Positions 8,597 through 18,492 of a DNA stretch of 64,000 nucleotides are shown here, piece after piece; within the stretch, counting starts at the first letter, position 1; each line of letters opens with the position of its first letter. A program made the position numbers and the translations under genes. This DNA comes from Thiobacillus sp. (GTDB lineage Bacteria > Pseudomonadota > Gammaproteobacteria > Burkholderiales > Thiobacillaceae), in contig JASJPE010000014.1 in NCBI GenBank assembly GCA_031426895.1, positions 16,849-80,848 on the forward strand, read 5' to 3'. Under the pieces are notes generated by a model. That model was not told the DNA's origin, ran no database searches, and saw nothing but the letters and a program-made list of their open reading frames with translations.

Positions 8597-8855
8597 TTCA
8601 CCTCCAGTTGCCAGGGTGTTTCAAACCGTTAATTAGAGGTATAGCACGGCATTTTCAATCGGCCAGCGTCGTTCCCACCGGCTGAGGCCTTGCAAAATGG
8701 TGGCCCTGAGCAAAGTCAATATCCAGCGTGGTTACTCGCCTGAAAATGGCTTCGTTTTCGACAGCAGCCTGTTTTTTGCCACGCCACTAAAACTCAGTCG
8801 ATCCACGACTGGAGTAACCGGCAAGGGTGGATGCCGATACTTCCCTTGGCAAAGG

Positions 8856-9899
8856 TTACATGCATTGGGTATGCGCAAGCTGAGCGACCAGTTTGCGTAT
8901 GGGTGCGGGCAAAGCAGCATCCAGTGCATCCGCAGGGGATAACCAGATTTGGCCGGGCAGGTTGGACGAGCGGGGGTTCAGATGGATTTGCACCGGCTGG
9001 ATATGCAGCTTGAAGTGAGTAAAGCTGTGGCTGATTCGCGGCAATATCTGATGCGTATGCGCAACAAAACCAAAACGGTCACAGCAGTGGCTGACCGGAT
9101 TATCGTCGAGCGGCAGTTCGGGCAGACTCCACAGACCACCCCAGATGCCGCGTGCAGGCCGCTTCTCCAGCATCAGTTCGCCGCGATCGAGCAGGAGCAG
9201 CATTTGTATCTGCTTTTCGGGCAGGGGCTTGCGAGGTCTGGATGCAGGAAGTTCAGCCGTGCGGTGCTGGGCGTGGGCGATGCAGTCGGACTGGACCGGG
9301 CAATCCGGGCAAGCGGGTTTGCTGCGGGTGCAGACGAGTGCGCCGAGATCCATCATGCCCTGCGTGTAGGCTTCGATATCTTTTGGGGGAAGGCGCGAGT
9401 CGGCCAACTGCCACAAAGCCATTTCAACCTGTTTGTCGCCCGGCCAGCCTGATACGCCGCCATGGCGAGCGAGAACACGTTTCACATTGCCGTCGAGAAT
9501 GGCGCAGTTTTGGCCAAACGCCAGTGCAGCGATCGCGGCGGCGGTGGATCGCCCCACGCCCGGTAATCGGGTGAGGGCATCGGGCGTGGACGGGAAGAGT
9601 CCGTCATGCGTTTCGATGATGCAGCGTGCGGCAGCGTGCAGATTGCGCGCCCGGCTGTAATAACCCAGACCGCTCCACAGGGCGAGCACGTCATCTTCCT
9701 GAGCGGCGGCCAACGCGGGCAGGTTCGGGAAGCGCGCGACAAAGCGTTCGAAATAGGGGATGACAGTCGACACCTGCGTCTGCTGCAGCATGATTTCAGA
9801 CAGCCAGATGCGGTAAGGGTCGCGATCAAGCTGCCAGGGCAGGCTGTGGCGGCCCTGGCGATGCTGCCATTTGATGATGCGGGAAGAAAATGCGTTCAC
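8856..9899 (-). CDS. mutY: A/G-specific adenine DNA glycosylase
   Basis: 347 aa. LPWQ..RDPYRIWLSEIMLQQTQV, helix-hairpin-helix LPGVGRSTAAAI, 4Fe-4S cluster loop C-x6-C-x2-C-x5-C (CTRSKPACPDCPVQSDC), and a C-terminal NUDIX-like domain. Confidence 0.95.
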   Translation of the reverse strand: MNAFSSRIIKWQHRQGRHSLPWQLDRDPYRIWLSEIMLQQTQVSTVIPYFERFVARFPNLPALAAAQEDDVLALWSGLGYYSRARNLHAAARCIIETHDGLFPSTPDALTRLPGVGRSTAAAIAALAFGQNCAILDGNVKRVLARHGGVSGWPGDKQVEMALWQLADSRLPPKDIEAYTQGMMDLGALVCTRSKPACPDCPVQSDCIAHAQHRTAELPASRPRKPLPEKQIQMLLLLDRGELMLEKRPARGIWGGLWSLPELPLDDNPVSHCCDRFGFVAHTHQILPRISHSFTHFKLHIQPVQIHLNPRSSNLPGQIWLSPADALDAALPAPIRKLVAQLAHTQCM

Positions 9900-9985
9900 G
9901 GCTGAAGGGTATCACTCCCCAAAGGCATGGATACCCTTATCCCCAAGTGGGGATGTCAGGCGATATGTGACGTGGTTCAAATGAC

Positions 9986-10008
9986 GAATCGCCCGTGGAG
10001 GGCGATTC
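9986..10008 (-). terminator. hairpin downstream of the DUF1631-like gene (weak U-tract)
   Basis: GAATCGCCC-gtgga-GGGCGATTC is a perfect 9-bp stem, 30 nt beyond the stop at 10039. On the minus strand it is followed only by TCATTTG. Confidence 0.4.
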
Positions 10009-10038
10009 GACTTGTCGGCAATTCAGGCGATGACTTTT

Positions 10039-12279
10039 TCAGGCGTGCCCCATTTTCTGGCGGAACAGGTTCATCAATTTGCCGAATGCGGACTCAGTGA
10101 TGGACTTGCGCTCAACCAGTACCGCTTCGCCTTTGCGGAGCTTGTCTGCCAGGCGGTTCAGGCTGATGGAGAAGCTGTTCATGCCATCCTGGTCAGAGAA
10201 CAAATACGTGCTCTTGACGCCGCTCACCCATCCCAGCCGTGCCCAGCGGAACGTGCCGTCGTCATAGTGGAACTCCACCCAGTCGCCTTTGTTCATGGTG
10301 CGGGCGCGAAGCGTGAAGAGATCTTCATACTCCGGCGTGGGAGGTTCGGGTTCGGCAACCACTTCGGGCGTGTCTTCGACGGTGACAACCAGCGCGGCAG
10401 GCTGTTCCACGATTTCCTCGATTTCCTCGGGGGTCATGTCGGGTAGCGGCACCGGTTGGGTGACGGGGCGTACAGCATTGGCATGCAGGATCACCAGGTT
10501 GGCGAAGAAACGGTCCGCCAGCTTGGCTGGCAAATCGATTTCGGCCGCACCTTCACGCAGTCGCTTCAGCAACCCCGGCAGAATGCGAACCAGCATCAGC
10601 CGGGCATCCATGTCGGCCTTGGCCTGCACGCTCCACACCAGTTCACGCATGGTTTCGACGTGGCTATTGAAGTGCGCACCCTGATCGCCCTCCTTGACGT
10701 AATCCGTTGTCAGCAGTTGTGCCCAGTCGCGGCGCAGGAATTCGCGCACGGCTTCGGCCACGGGCTGATCCTTGAGCGCGCGGTTGATGAAATCGTGAAC
10801 AATGACCGGTGCGAGTTCGGTGCGCTCGGATTGCTTGATCTCGAGGATGTCCGATTGCAGGCTGACATCGACTGTTTCCTCAAGTGTTTCTTCCAGGCTG
10901 GAGCCCAGATCTTCCAGCTCAGTGGCAGCGCTGGCGAACACGGCGATATCCTGCTCGAAATTCTCCAGTACACGGCTTACTACCTGTGAAATGGCTTCCA
11001 GCCGCGCCTGGCCAGCCGCATTTTCAGGCAGGTGGACAGCCAGCGTGGCAATGGCATCCAGCATGCGACGCACGGGATGGTTGGACTGCGAGAAGAAATT
11101 GCGGTCCAGCATGGCCGCTTTCAGCACCGGAATTTGCAGGCGCGCGATTTGGGCCTTGAGGCGGTCGGGAATGGTGGCTTCTTCAAACACCACATCAAAC
11201 AGCATGGCGACTGCATCCACCAGCACCGCATCGAGCGGGCTGGCCGATTGCATGACGGGGCTTTGCTGCAGGCTGCGCAAAATATTGTGGATGGCTGATG
11301 CTTCCAGAAGCGGGAGTTCGAAGCGCGCCCCACCCGGTAACGTCATGGCACCGGTTTGTAATTGGCTGAGCGAATCGAGCAATGAGTACCCACCTGCTCC
11401 GGCAGATACATTGCCGCCCGCATAGCCCCTTCCACCACCCTGGGATGCGCCACCCCCTCCGGCTAGCTGCTCAAACAGGTTGAACATGTCGCCGCCCGCC
11501 GGGCTTGGCGCAGCCGCGCCCGATGCGCCACCATGGCCCGACGAAGCGGACGAATGTTGTGCGCGGTTCTTCGCACCCACTTTGAGTTCGGGCAGGATGC
11601 CGTGGTCGATCAGATAGCGATTGATGGACTGATAAATACCGGCGAGTTCGGTGGTCAATACCAGATCGAACTGGTTCAACAGCACAATACGGATGCTTTG
11701 TTCGGATTGCGTACGGGTAATGCCATCGAGCAGAGCCTCGCACAGCGCGCGCGGACCCAGTGGATTGTCGTTTTCCGCCAGGTCGGAGCGTCCCATCAAA
11801 TGGGCGATACGGGCATCCAGGGCAACCAGTTCCTCTGCACAGTTGTAACGCAGGCGAGACGTGGCCTTGTCGACAGCCAGAGTGATTTCAAAATCCTGGT
11901 CGCCGACCAGCGACAGTTCCATCAACTCGGGTGCAGCGGGGGCTTCGCGATTGAGCGTGAAGTTGTTGAACGACGAGAAATAGGCATCCTTGCAGGCGCT
12001 CAGCAATTCATTGGCCTGTTTGTTGAGAACGCCCTGGGCGCCATAAAAGCTGTTGCGGGTTTCCAGCAGGGGTGAACGGTCTGCCATGGCCAGCAGCGTG
12101 TTTTCCATGGCTTCGGTTTGTCGCGTCAATACGCGAGTCGCGCCCTCGATCAATAAATCTCGGCTGTCATGCAGCATGCCCAGTGTCTCGGACGAGACCT
12201 GCGCACGGCGCGATCGCTCAAATTGGTTGAGGTTAACTACGACTGAATTGTCAGGCATCTCGCGCTCCATTGTGGTCAC
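10039..12279 (-). CDS. DUF1631-like large protein, paralog A
   Basis: 746 aa. Central motif LDAV..LFD.....IPDRLKAQIARLQIPVLKAAMLDRNFFSQSNHPVRRMLD and C-terminal GDWVEF...ARLGWVS....LF match my recollection of DUF1631 and match the neighbouring paralog. Contains an internal Gly/Ala/Ser-rich low-complexity segment. Confidence 0.7.
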   Translation of the reverse strand: MTTMEREMPDNSVVVNLNQFERSRRAQVSSETLGMLHDSRDLLIEGATRVLTRQTEAMENTLLAMADRSPLLETRNSFYGAQGVLNKQANELLSACKDAYFSSFNNFTLNREAPAAPELMELSLVGDQDFEITLAVDKATSRLRYNCAEELVALDARIAHLMGRSDLAENDNPLGPRALCEALLDGITRTQSEQSIRIVLLNQFDLVLTTELAGIYQSINRYLIDHGILPELKVGAKNRAQHSSASSGHGGASGAAAPSPAGGDMFNLFEQLAGGGGASQGGGRGYAGGNVSAGAGGYSLLDSLSQLQTGAMTLPGGARFELPLLEASAIHNILRSLQQSPVMQSASPLDAVLVDAVAMLFDVVFEEATIPDRLKAQIARLQIPVLKAAMLDRNFFSQSNHPVRRMLDAIATLAVHLPENAAGQARLEAISQVVSRVLENFEQDIAVFASAATELEDLGSSLEETLEETVDVSLQSDILEIKQSERTELAPVIVHDFINRALKDQPVAEAVREFLRRDWAQLLTTDYVKEGDQGAHFNSHVETMRELVWSVQAKADMDARLMLVRILPGLLKRLREGAAEIDLPAKLADRFFANLVILHANAVRPVTQPVPLPDMTPEEIEEIVEQPAALVVTVEDTPEVVAEPEPPTPEYEDLFTLRARTMNKGDWVEFHYDDGTFRWARLGWVSGVKSTYLFSDQDGMNSFSISLNRLADKLRKGEAVLVERKSITESAFGKLMNLFRQKMGHA

Positions 12280-12520
12280 CTCGCGGTATCTGCGGCTGGA
12301 CGAACAACGAATAGGAGAATGCTCAACCGGAAGCGACCGGCGGTCCCGCTGTCTCGATCATCCATGTAGGACGACTGAGACCGGTAACTTTGCGTCCCCG
12401 TCTCGCGGCGGGTTTGCCCTGTTCGGTGGTCGTCAGTTGTGTCTGGAATTTGACACACAACCGCGTAACTGAACTATCGGTTGCGAGGATGGAGAACTTG
12501 AGTGTGCAGCGTAAAAAATT

Positions 12521-14596
12521 CTATTCAGTATTGTTTGTCAAGTGTGTTTTGAGTCGCAGCATGGCTTTCCGGGTAAGTGACTGCTCTGGTATGTGCGCGC
12601 GGCCCGCGCGTATCTCTACGGCGAGCTGGTCGCAGTCAAGCGAAAAGCGCTGCTCGCCTTCGCTGTCACAAAACAACATATAGCCGCGTACTCCAATCCA
12701 GGCTACGCGCGCGGTCGTGAGCCCCTTGTATGGCGGATCAAAGTCCACCCAATCGCCCTCCATCAACTGTTCGGTCTGCAGCAGGGCTGCATCGTCCGAA
12801 GGCTCGTCGGTCAACCTGTTGGCGAACGAATCAATTTCTTCTTGCGATACCAGTTTGGGCGTGAACGTGCTGACACGGGTTTCCTGCTGCCCCATGCCCG
12901 GACGGATCCAGCATTCCTGGGTGGCGGTGATGGCGCTGAAAAAATCCTTGAGTTGCGCGGGCTCGGCGCCCTGCGCCAGCAGGCCACGCCGTAATTCGGT
13001 GTTGATCCGGGGAATGGATTGCAGGCGAGCTTCCCGCATATCGCCGTCATCCGGAGGTTGCAGGCTGAGAAACAACTGGAGTTGAGTTATGCAGGCATCG
13101 CGCCAGCCCGGGCCTTCGCCTGCCTCGGATACATACAGCGACGCCATGTAGGGAACCCAGGCTGCTTCCATGCGCCGGAGAACGGATTCCGGCGCGGGAT
13201 AGCGGGCGGTCAGATCATTCAGGTTTTCCAGCGCCAGCAGCGTGCCGAGTTCCTGCTGCTCAATATGCTCCAGATTCGCGACGTCTGACGTCAATTCGGC
13301 CGAGGTGCGTGTGCTTTCCTCACTCAGCCAGCTGGCTAATGCCTGGTGTGCCTGTGCAAAGGCCTCGATTTGATGGTCTGGATCATTGAGGACACGTGTG
13401 CAAGCCGTCTCGATCTGGGTGAGTGCCTGGAGATGTGAAGGATTGTGTTCGGGGAAATGACGGGAAAACAGTCCGAGCAAATCGATCAGTTGGCGCGCCG
13501 GGTGCTGATCGTCGCTAAAAAATTCGGGTGAAACGAGCGCGACCCGGAGTGCGGGAATCTGCAATTGTGCGATTTCGGCTTTGTAATGCGGCGAGATATC
13601 CGGGTCGTCGAGGATGAACTCGAACAGGCCCGCCACCGCATCCAGCACCGCCAGATCGAACGTCCCGGCATCGGTTTGCCTGGCGTCCTGCTGCAATTGC
13701 CGCAGGACGAGCGTTGCTGGGGGCCGGCTGGGTCCCGAAATGCGTGGGATGTCGGCCTGCCAACGCGCCAGGCTATCCAGAAACCCTGGCAGAAGAGTGG
13801 GAAATGCGGTGCCGCTTGCCGGTGCAAATGATGTTTCCGGCGCAAATGAGCCAGCATTCCCGGGCGCACCGGATTGCTCGCTGATAGCCTGGATATGCGC
13901 CAGAATTTGTTGGCCGACATCCGAATCACGTTTTTTGGATGGCGGCGCGGGGGTTGCGCGCACGGTCGTGTGTTCCTCTACTCCCTGAGCGCTCAAATAT
14001 TGATTGAGCGCGGTGTATGTGTGTTTCAAGGTGTCACGTAGCGGCACAGCCACGCATTGCAATATCAGGGTACCGCTCGGGATATCGATATCCAGGCTTT
14101 CCAGTGCACGCGACAAGGCGTGCATCACAGAAAGCGGTCCGTAGGCCTCGGTATAGTCAGCGTTTCCGGCCGCCTCTTGTTGCAAGCCGAGCAAACGGCT
14201 GAACAGCAGCAACATTTCGGGGCGCAAAGACTCGGTCAGGTAGGCGGCCGCCTTGTCCTCGGCCAGTTGTCTGCCCAGCATGGCGTCGTCCACCAGTTGC
14301 AGCGTGGCCGGATGACCGCCGGCCTGTTTTGAAAAGCTCTCTGGATAGATCAGTTTCTGGCGAAACTGGTCGGCAAACGCCGTGGATAGAGCATCGGGAT
14401 GCACGTCGATCCAGCCCAGACAGGCTTGTCCGGTGGCCAGCATCGACGGCGTCATTTGCTCCACGACAGTGCGCATGATGGCATCGTGGATAAAGCTGCG
14501 GCTGCGCTGAAAGAAATTATCCAGCGCCTGCGCCATGCGCAGGTCGGCTTCGCGCAGCAGCGCTTCAGCGGAAAGGGGATCGGTTTGCTTGTTCAT
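12521..14596 (-). CDS. DUF1631-like large protein, paralog B
   Basis: 691 aa. LDAVAGLFEFILDDPDISPHYKAEIAQLQIPALRVALVSPEFFSDDQHPARQLID and C-terminal GDWVDF...ARVAWIG....LF are colinear with the ORF at 10039-12279. Confidence 0.7.
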   Translation of the reverse strand: MNKQTDPLSAEALLREADLRMAQALDNFFQRSRSFIHDAIMRTVVEQMTPSMLATGQACLGWIDVHPDALSTAFADQFRQKLIYPESFSKQAGGHPATLQLVDDAMLGRQLAEDKAAAYLTESLRPEMLLLFSRLLGLQQEAAGNADYTEAYGPLSVMHALSRALESLDIDIPSGTLILQCVAVPLRDTLKHTYTALNQYLSAQGVEEHTTVRATPAPPSKKRDSDVGQQILAHIQAISEQSGAPGNAGSFAPETSFAPASGTAFPTLLPGFLDSLARWQADIPRISGPSRPPATLVLRQLQQDARQTDAGTFDLAVLDAVAGLFEFILDDPDISPHYKAEIAQLQIPALRVALVSPEFFSDDQHPARQLIDLLGLFSRHFPEHNPSHLQALTQIETACTRVLNDPDHQIEAFAQAHQALASWLSEESTRTSAELTSDVANLEHIEQQELGTLLALENLNDLTARYPAPESVLRRMEAAWVPYMASLYVSEAGEGPGWRDACITQLQLFLSLQPPDDGDMREARLQSIPRINTELRRGLLAQGAEPAQLKDFFSAITATQECWIRPGMGQQETRVSTFTPKLVSQEEIDSFANRLTDEPSDDAALLQTEQLMEGDWVDFDPPYKGLTTARVAWIGVRGYMLFCDSEGEQRFSLDCDQLAVEIRAGRAHIPEQSLTRKAMLRLKTHLTNNTE

Positions 14597-14665
14597 GGCC
14601 TGATCGCAATAACGGCCATTTGGGGCGCATTATTGAATGGGGTTCGGATAGACACAGACGGGTGT

Positions 14666-14739
14666 TGGAGCGGGCGAAGGGAATCGAACCCTCCTCATGA
14701 GCTTGGGAAGCTCAGGTAATGCCACTATACGACGCCCGC
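14666..14739 (-). tRNA. tRNA-Gly (anticodon CCC)
   Basis: The reverse complement reads GCGGGCGTCGTATAGTGGCATTACCTGAGCTTCCCAAGCTCATGAGGAGGGTTCGATTCCCTTCGCCCGCTCCA. 7-bp acceptor stem GCGGGCG/CGCCCGC, anticodon stem TGAGC/GCTCA with loop TTCCCAA, T-loop GGTTCGATTCC, encoded CCA. Confidence 0.92.
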
Positions 14740-14821
14740 TTGGTGCGTGTTCCCTTCGGTGACGTGCATCCTTCGGGGTAGAATCCGGGATGATACTGAA
14801 ACTCACGTCCGGATAGAAGCT

Positions 14822-15025
14822 GTGATTGAACTGACCATCAATGGCGAACCCCGTAGCTTCCCTGCGCCGCTGACCCTTACCCTGCTGGTTGAATCGCTGG
14901 ATTTGGCAGGGAAACGCATTGCCATCGAGAAAAATGGCGAAATCGTCCCACGCAGCCAGCATGCCGATACGTCGCTCGTCAGTGGCGACCGGCTGGAAAT
15001 TGTTGTCGCCGTAGGCGGCGGCTGA
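14822..15025 (+). CDS. thiS: sulfur carrier protein ThiS
   Basis: 67 aa from a GTG start (IELTINGE...), ending in the diagnostic C-terminal GG. Lies immediately upstream of thiG. The longer track ORF (from 14747) adds an implausible N-terminus. Confidence 0.8.
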   Translation: MIELTINGEPRSFPAPLTLTLLVESLDLAGKRIAIEKNGEIVPRSQHADTSLVSGDRLEIVVAVGGG

Positions 15026-15060
15026 CCTCGTTATTACTTCGCTTTAAACTCAAAAGAATT

Positions 15061-15849
15061 ATGGAACCACTCGTTATCGCCGGAAAATCCTATGCCTCCC
15101 GTCTTCTGGTCGGCACCGGCAAGTACAAGGATTTTGAACAGACGCGTCTCGCGGTTGAGGCTTCGGGCGCGGAAATCGTCACGGTCGCCATCCGTCGCAC
15201 CAACATCGGCCAGGATGCCGGCCAGCCGAGTCTGCTCGATGCGCTGCCGCCCTCGAAATATACTTACCTGCCCAACACTGCGGGCTGCTATACCGCAGAC
15301 GATGCAATCCGCACTCTGCGTCTGGCGCGTGAACTGCTCGACGGCCATGCGCTGGTCAAGCTTGAAGTGCTGGGCGATGCCGAATCGCTGTATCCCAATG
15401 TGGCAGAAACGGTGAAGGCCGCCGAAGTGCTGGTGAAGGAGGGCTTCCAGGTGATGGTCTACACATCGGATGACCCCATTGTGGCCAGGCAGCTGGAAGA
15501 TATCGGCTGCGTCGCGGTGATGCCGCTGGCGAGCCTGATCGGTTCAGGCATGGGCATCCTCAATCCGTGGAATCTGCAGATCATCATTGATCGTTTGAGC
15601 GTGCCGGTGATCGTCGACGCGGGCGTCGGCACGGCCAGCGACGCTACTATCGCCATGGAATTGGGCTGCGACGCTGTACTGATGAACACTGCGATTGCGG
15701 GTGCAGGTAACCCGGTACTGATGGCCTCGGCGATGCAAAAGGCAGTGGAAGCCGGACGCGAAGCCTTTTTGGCCGGTCGCATGCCGAAGAAAATCTATCA
15801 GGCCAGCCCCAGTTCGCCCACCGGCGGTCTCATTACCGGCAGTAAATAA
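15061..15849 (+). CDS. thiG: thiazole synthase
   Basis: 262 aa. LLVGTGKY......A...SG.EIVTVA.RR, LPNTAGC and VMPL..PIGSG.G motifs are typical of ThiG. Confidence 0.95.
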   Translation: MEPLVIAGKSYASRLLVGTGKYKDFEQTRLAVEASGAEIVTVAIRRTNIGQDAGQPSLLDALPPSKYTYLPNTAGCYTADDAIRTLRLARELLDGHALVKLEVLGDAESLYPNVAETVKAAEVLVKEGFQVMVYTSDDPIVARQLEDIGCVAVMPLASLIGSGMGILNPWNLQIIIDRLSVPVIVDAGVGTASDATIAMELGCDAVLMNTAIAGAGNPVLMASAMQKAVEAGREAFLAGRMPKKIYQASPSSPTGGLITGSK

Positions 15850-15851
15850 AC

Positions 15852-16532
15852 ATGAGTGAAACTGGCGCGTATCCGCGCATTCGTTCCTATGTGCTGCGCG
15901 CCGGGCGCGTGGGCTCCGGCCAGGCACGCGCGTTGGCCGAGATCGGGCCGCAGTTCATGCTGCCCTACCAGCCCGCCGAACTCGATCTGACCGCGGCTTT
16001 TGGACGGACCGCCCCCCACATCCTGGAAATTGGTTTTGGCATGGGCGAGGGCCTGGCCGAGATTGCCGCCGCTTATCCCGATAACGATTACCTCGGCGTC
16101 GAGGTGCATACGCCGGGCGTGGGTGCGCTGTTAAAGCAGCTTGGCGAGCGAGGTCTCACCAATGTCCGTGTCATCCAGCATGATGCGGTTGAAGTGCTGA
16201 CCAGGATGCTGGTACCGGCCAGCCTCGCCGGCATCCACATTTTTTTCCCCGATCCATGGCATAAAAAGCGCCACCACAAACGCCGGTTGATCCAGCCGCC
16301 GCTGGTGCAACTGCTGGCCAGTCGGCTTCAGGCCGGCGGCTACATTCATCTGGCCACCGACTGGCAGGATTACGCCGAACAGATGCTTGCCGTGCTGGCA
16401 GCCGAACCGCTGCTGCACAACACTGTGGCGGACTATGCGCCGCGCCCCGATACCCGGCCCCTCACCAAGTTCGAACAGCGCGGTATTCGTCTGGGACACG
16501 GGGTGTGGGATTTGGTGTTCCGCAGGGTTTAA
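15852..16532 (+). CDS. trmB: tRNA (guanine-N7)-methyltransferase
   Basis: 226 aa. [12 protein letters not shown] motif, [14 protein letters not shown] signature, and C-terminal T.FE.RG..LGH. Confidence 0.95.
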   Translation: MSETGAYPRIRSYVLRAGRVGSGQARALAEIGPQFMLPYQPAELDLTAAFGRTAPHILEIGFGMGEGLAEIAAAYPDNDYLGVEVHTPGVGALLKQLGERGLTNVRVIQHDAVEVLTRMLVPASLAGIHIFFPDPWHKKRHHKRRLIQPPLVQLLASRLQAGGYIHLATDWQDYAEQMLAVLAAEPLLHNTVADYAPRPDTRPLTKFEQRGIRLGHGVWDLVFRRV

Positions 16533-16542
16533 GACTTCACGT

Positions 16543-16563
16543 TTCAGGGTTTGAATCCCTGAA
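16543..16563 (+). terminator. hairpin just after trmB (no clear U-tract)
   Basis: TTCAGGG-tttgaat-CCCTGAA, 10 nt after the trmB stop. Confidence 0.35.
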
Positions 16564-16639
16564 CCACGCCTTCGATGGGCATGGGCGGAGTCAACTATCA
16601 GCGCGGGTGGACGGGAAAACTGTTCCCGGGTTTGCCCAC

Positions 16640-16759
16640 CTTAAGAGCACTTCTATGAATTCGTCATACCGGGCTTGACCCGGTATCCAGTTGCTTGATT
16701 CGACGTCATTCCGGCGTTCGCCGGAATGACGTCGTGGACTTGTTCAGTGTCTCCTTAAG
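16640..16759. repeat. about 120-bp inverted-repeat element of the TAAGGAG-ended family
   Basis: Ends CTTAAGAGCAC... and ...CTTGTTCAGTGTCTCCTTAAG. Internal TTCGTCATACCGGG-cttga-CCCGGTATCCAGT parallels TTCGTCATTCCGGCG-aaa-GCCGGAATCCAGT at 29204-29233. Contains the perfect palindrome CGACGTCATTCCGGCG-tt-CGCCGGAATGACGTCG. A further CTTAAGGAGG follows at 16766-16775. Confidence 0.7.
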
Positions 16760-17010
16760 TATCTGCTTAAGGAGGGCATGCCTGTTGGGCCCATATTTAC
16801 CCCTTTAACGTCCTATCATGGTGTTACGGCTGGCATGATTGCCAAGGCGTTGTTATTCGTTTCAATCAAGGAGGAAGGCATGGAGTTTGGTATTGCCGGG
16901 CCTGGCTGTCAGGCCCCCGGAATCGCGCTGACCGGACACGGTCATGATGGCGGCGCAATCCTTGAAGACACACCGCGCCCATATTCCAGCCTTGTTCAGG
17001 AGAAGATGAC

Positions 17011-18492
17011 ATGAACGACGACATCGATGTGATGCTGCCATGTACGTTCGTTATTTTTGGTGCAACGGGCAATTTGTCCACCAACAAACTGTTGCCGGCC
17101 TTGTACCACCTGGAAGCGGCGGCCCGCCTGTCGGAATCGCTCAGCATCATCGCGTTCGCGCGGCGTGAGTGGAGTGACGATGACTGGCGCAAACACATGC
17201 GCGAAGTGCTCGCCGACAAGATCAAGGGCAAGCAGGACACACCGGTATTCGAGCGCTTCATCGCGCGCTTTGCTTATCAGCAGGGCGATCTCAACGACGT
17301 AAAATCGTATCAGGCGCTTGCCAAACGTCTGCCAAATGAAGAAGCGTGTTCGAGCACCGTGTTTTACCTGGCCATCAAGCCAGCCGAATTTGCTGCGGTG
17401 GTTCACAATCTTGAAGCAGTGGGATTGAACCGGCCGCGCGGTTTGAACCGGGTGGTAGTGGAAAAACCATTTGGCGAAGATATCGAATCGGCGCGCATGC
17501 TGAACCATTTGTTGCATCAGCATTTTGACGAAGAACAGATATTTCGAATCGATCACTTCCTCGGCAAGGAAACCGTGCAAAACCTGCTGGTGTTCCGCTT
17601 TGCCAATACCCTGATCGAGCCGTTGTGGAACCGTAATTTCATCGACCACGTGCAGATTACCGTGGCCGAATCGATCGGCATCGAGAAGCGGGCCGATTAT
17701 TACGACCATGCCGGGGCGCTGCGCGACATGCTGCAAAACCACCTGATGCAATTGCTCACCGTGGTGGCCATGGAACCGCCGCCCGCGCTGGAAGCCGATG
17801 CGCTGCACGACGAAAAAGTGAAGGTGATGCGCTCGATCCGTCCCATCGCCAAGCGTTCTGTGCATGCGCACGCCATTCGTGCGCAGTACACGCGCGGGAT
17901 GATCGATGGCAAATCCGTCCCGGGCTATCAGCAGGAAGATAATGTCGAGTCGAATTCCATCACCGAGACCTTTGTCGCCGCCAAGTTTTATATCGATAAC
18001 TGGCGCTGGCGTGGTGTGCCGTTTTATCTGCGCACCGGTAAGCGCATGCCGCGCCAGACTTCGATGATCGCCATCCGCTTTCGCCACCCGCCGCAGCAGC
18101 TGTTTCGCGAAACCCCGCTGGAAACGATCGATCCCAACTGGATCCTGTTGTCGATCCAGCCGGACGAATCCATGCGCATGGAAATCCACGTCAAGCAGCC
18201 AGGCCTGGATATGGATACGCGCTTGATGCAGATGAACGCGAGCTACCTGAAAACAGACGAAGAGGCACTCGATGCCTACGAAACCCTGTTGCTCGACGTG
18301 ATCGAAGGCGACCGTTCCCTGTTTCTGCGCTTCGATGAAGTGGAGTGGGCGTGGCGGGTGGTCGATCCCATTCTCAAACACTGGGCGGTGGAACGCGATT
18401 ACATTCCCACCTACCCGGCAGGAAGCTGGGGCCCCGCCGATGCCAATCGGCTGTTTGATAGCGACGATCAAACCTGGCGAAACGAACTATGA
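17011..18492 (+). CDS. zwf: glucose-6-phosphate 1-dehydrogenase
   Basis: 493 aa. N-terminal NADP motif FVIFGATGNLS..KLLPALY and active-site RIDHFLGKE. Confidence 0.96.
   Translation: MNDDIDVMLPCTFVIFGATGNLSTNKLLPALYHLEAAARLSESLSIIAFARREWSDDDWRKHMREVLADKIKGKQDTPVFERFIARFAYQQGDLNDVKSYQALAKRLPNEEACSSTVFYLAIKPAEFAAVVHNLEAVGLNRPRGLNRVVVEKPFGEDIESARMLNHLLHQHFDEEQIFRIDHFLGKETVQNLLVFRFANTLIEPLWNRNFIDHVQITVAESIGIEKRADYYDHAGALRDMLQNHLMQLLTVVAMEPPPALEADALHDEKVKVMRSIRPIAKRSVHAHAIRAQYTRGMIDGKSVPGYQQEDNVESNSITETFVAAKFYIDNWRWRGVPFYLRTGKRMPRQTSMIAIRFRHPPQQLFRETPLETIDPNWILLSIQPDESMRMEIHVKQPGLDMDTRLMQMNASYLKTDEEALDAYETLLLDVIEGDRSLFLRFDEVEWAWRVVDPILKHWAVERDYIPTYPAGSWGPADANRLFDSDDQTWRNEL

Noticed and set aside
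8597-8855. 259-bp spacer between mutY and the TusE-like gene as a possible ncRNA locus
   Set aside because: I found only weak 4-bp stems and one T-run and recognised no conserved RNA motif. The evidence is too thin to report as a feature.
14740-14821. Possible TPP (THI-box) riboswitch upstream of thiS-thiG
   Set aside because: I could not find the conserved CUGAGA and ACCUGAUCUGGAUAAUGCCAGCG-like elements. The spacer is only about 80 nt and begins right after the tRNA-Gly gene. A covariance-model scan would settle it.
14597-14830. tRNA-Gly as an integration hotspot (genomic island or prophage junction)
   Set aside because: There is no integrase, no direct repeat of the tRNA 3' end, and no compositional break on either side. 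The neighbours are the DUF1631-like gene and thiS.
16778-17014. 78-aa ORF in the long trmB-zwf spacer
   Set aside because: It starts inside repeat-derived sequence, overlaps the zwf start, and has no RBS or motif. It is probably non-coding.
16996-18471. 491-aa ORF on the minus strand spanning almost the whole of zwf
   Set aside because: It mirrors zwf exactly. Its translation is low-complexity and rich in Arg, His, Gly and Val with no motifs, whereas the plus strand carries unambiguous Zwf signatures. This is a typical shadow ORF in GC-rich DNA.
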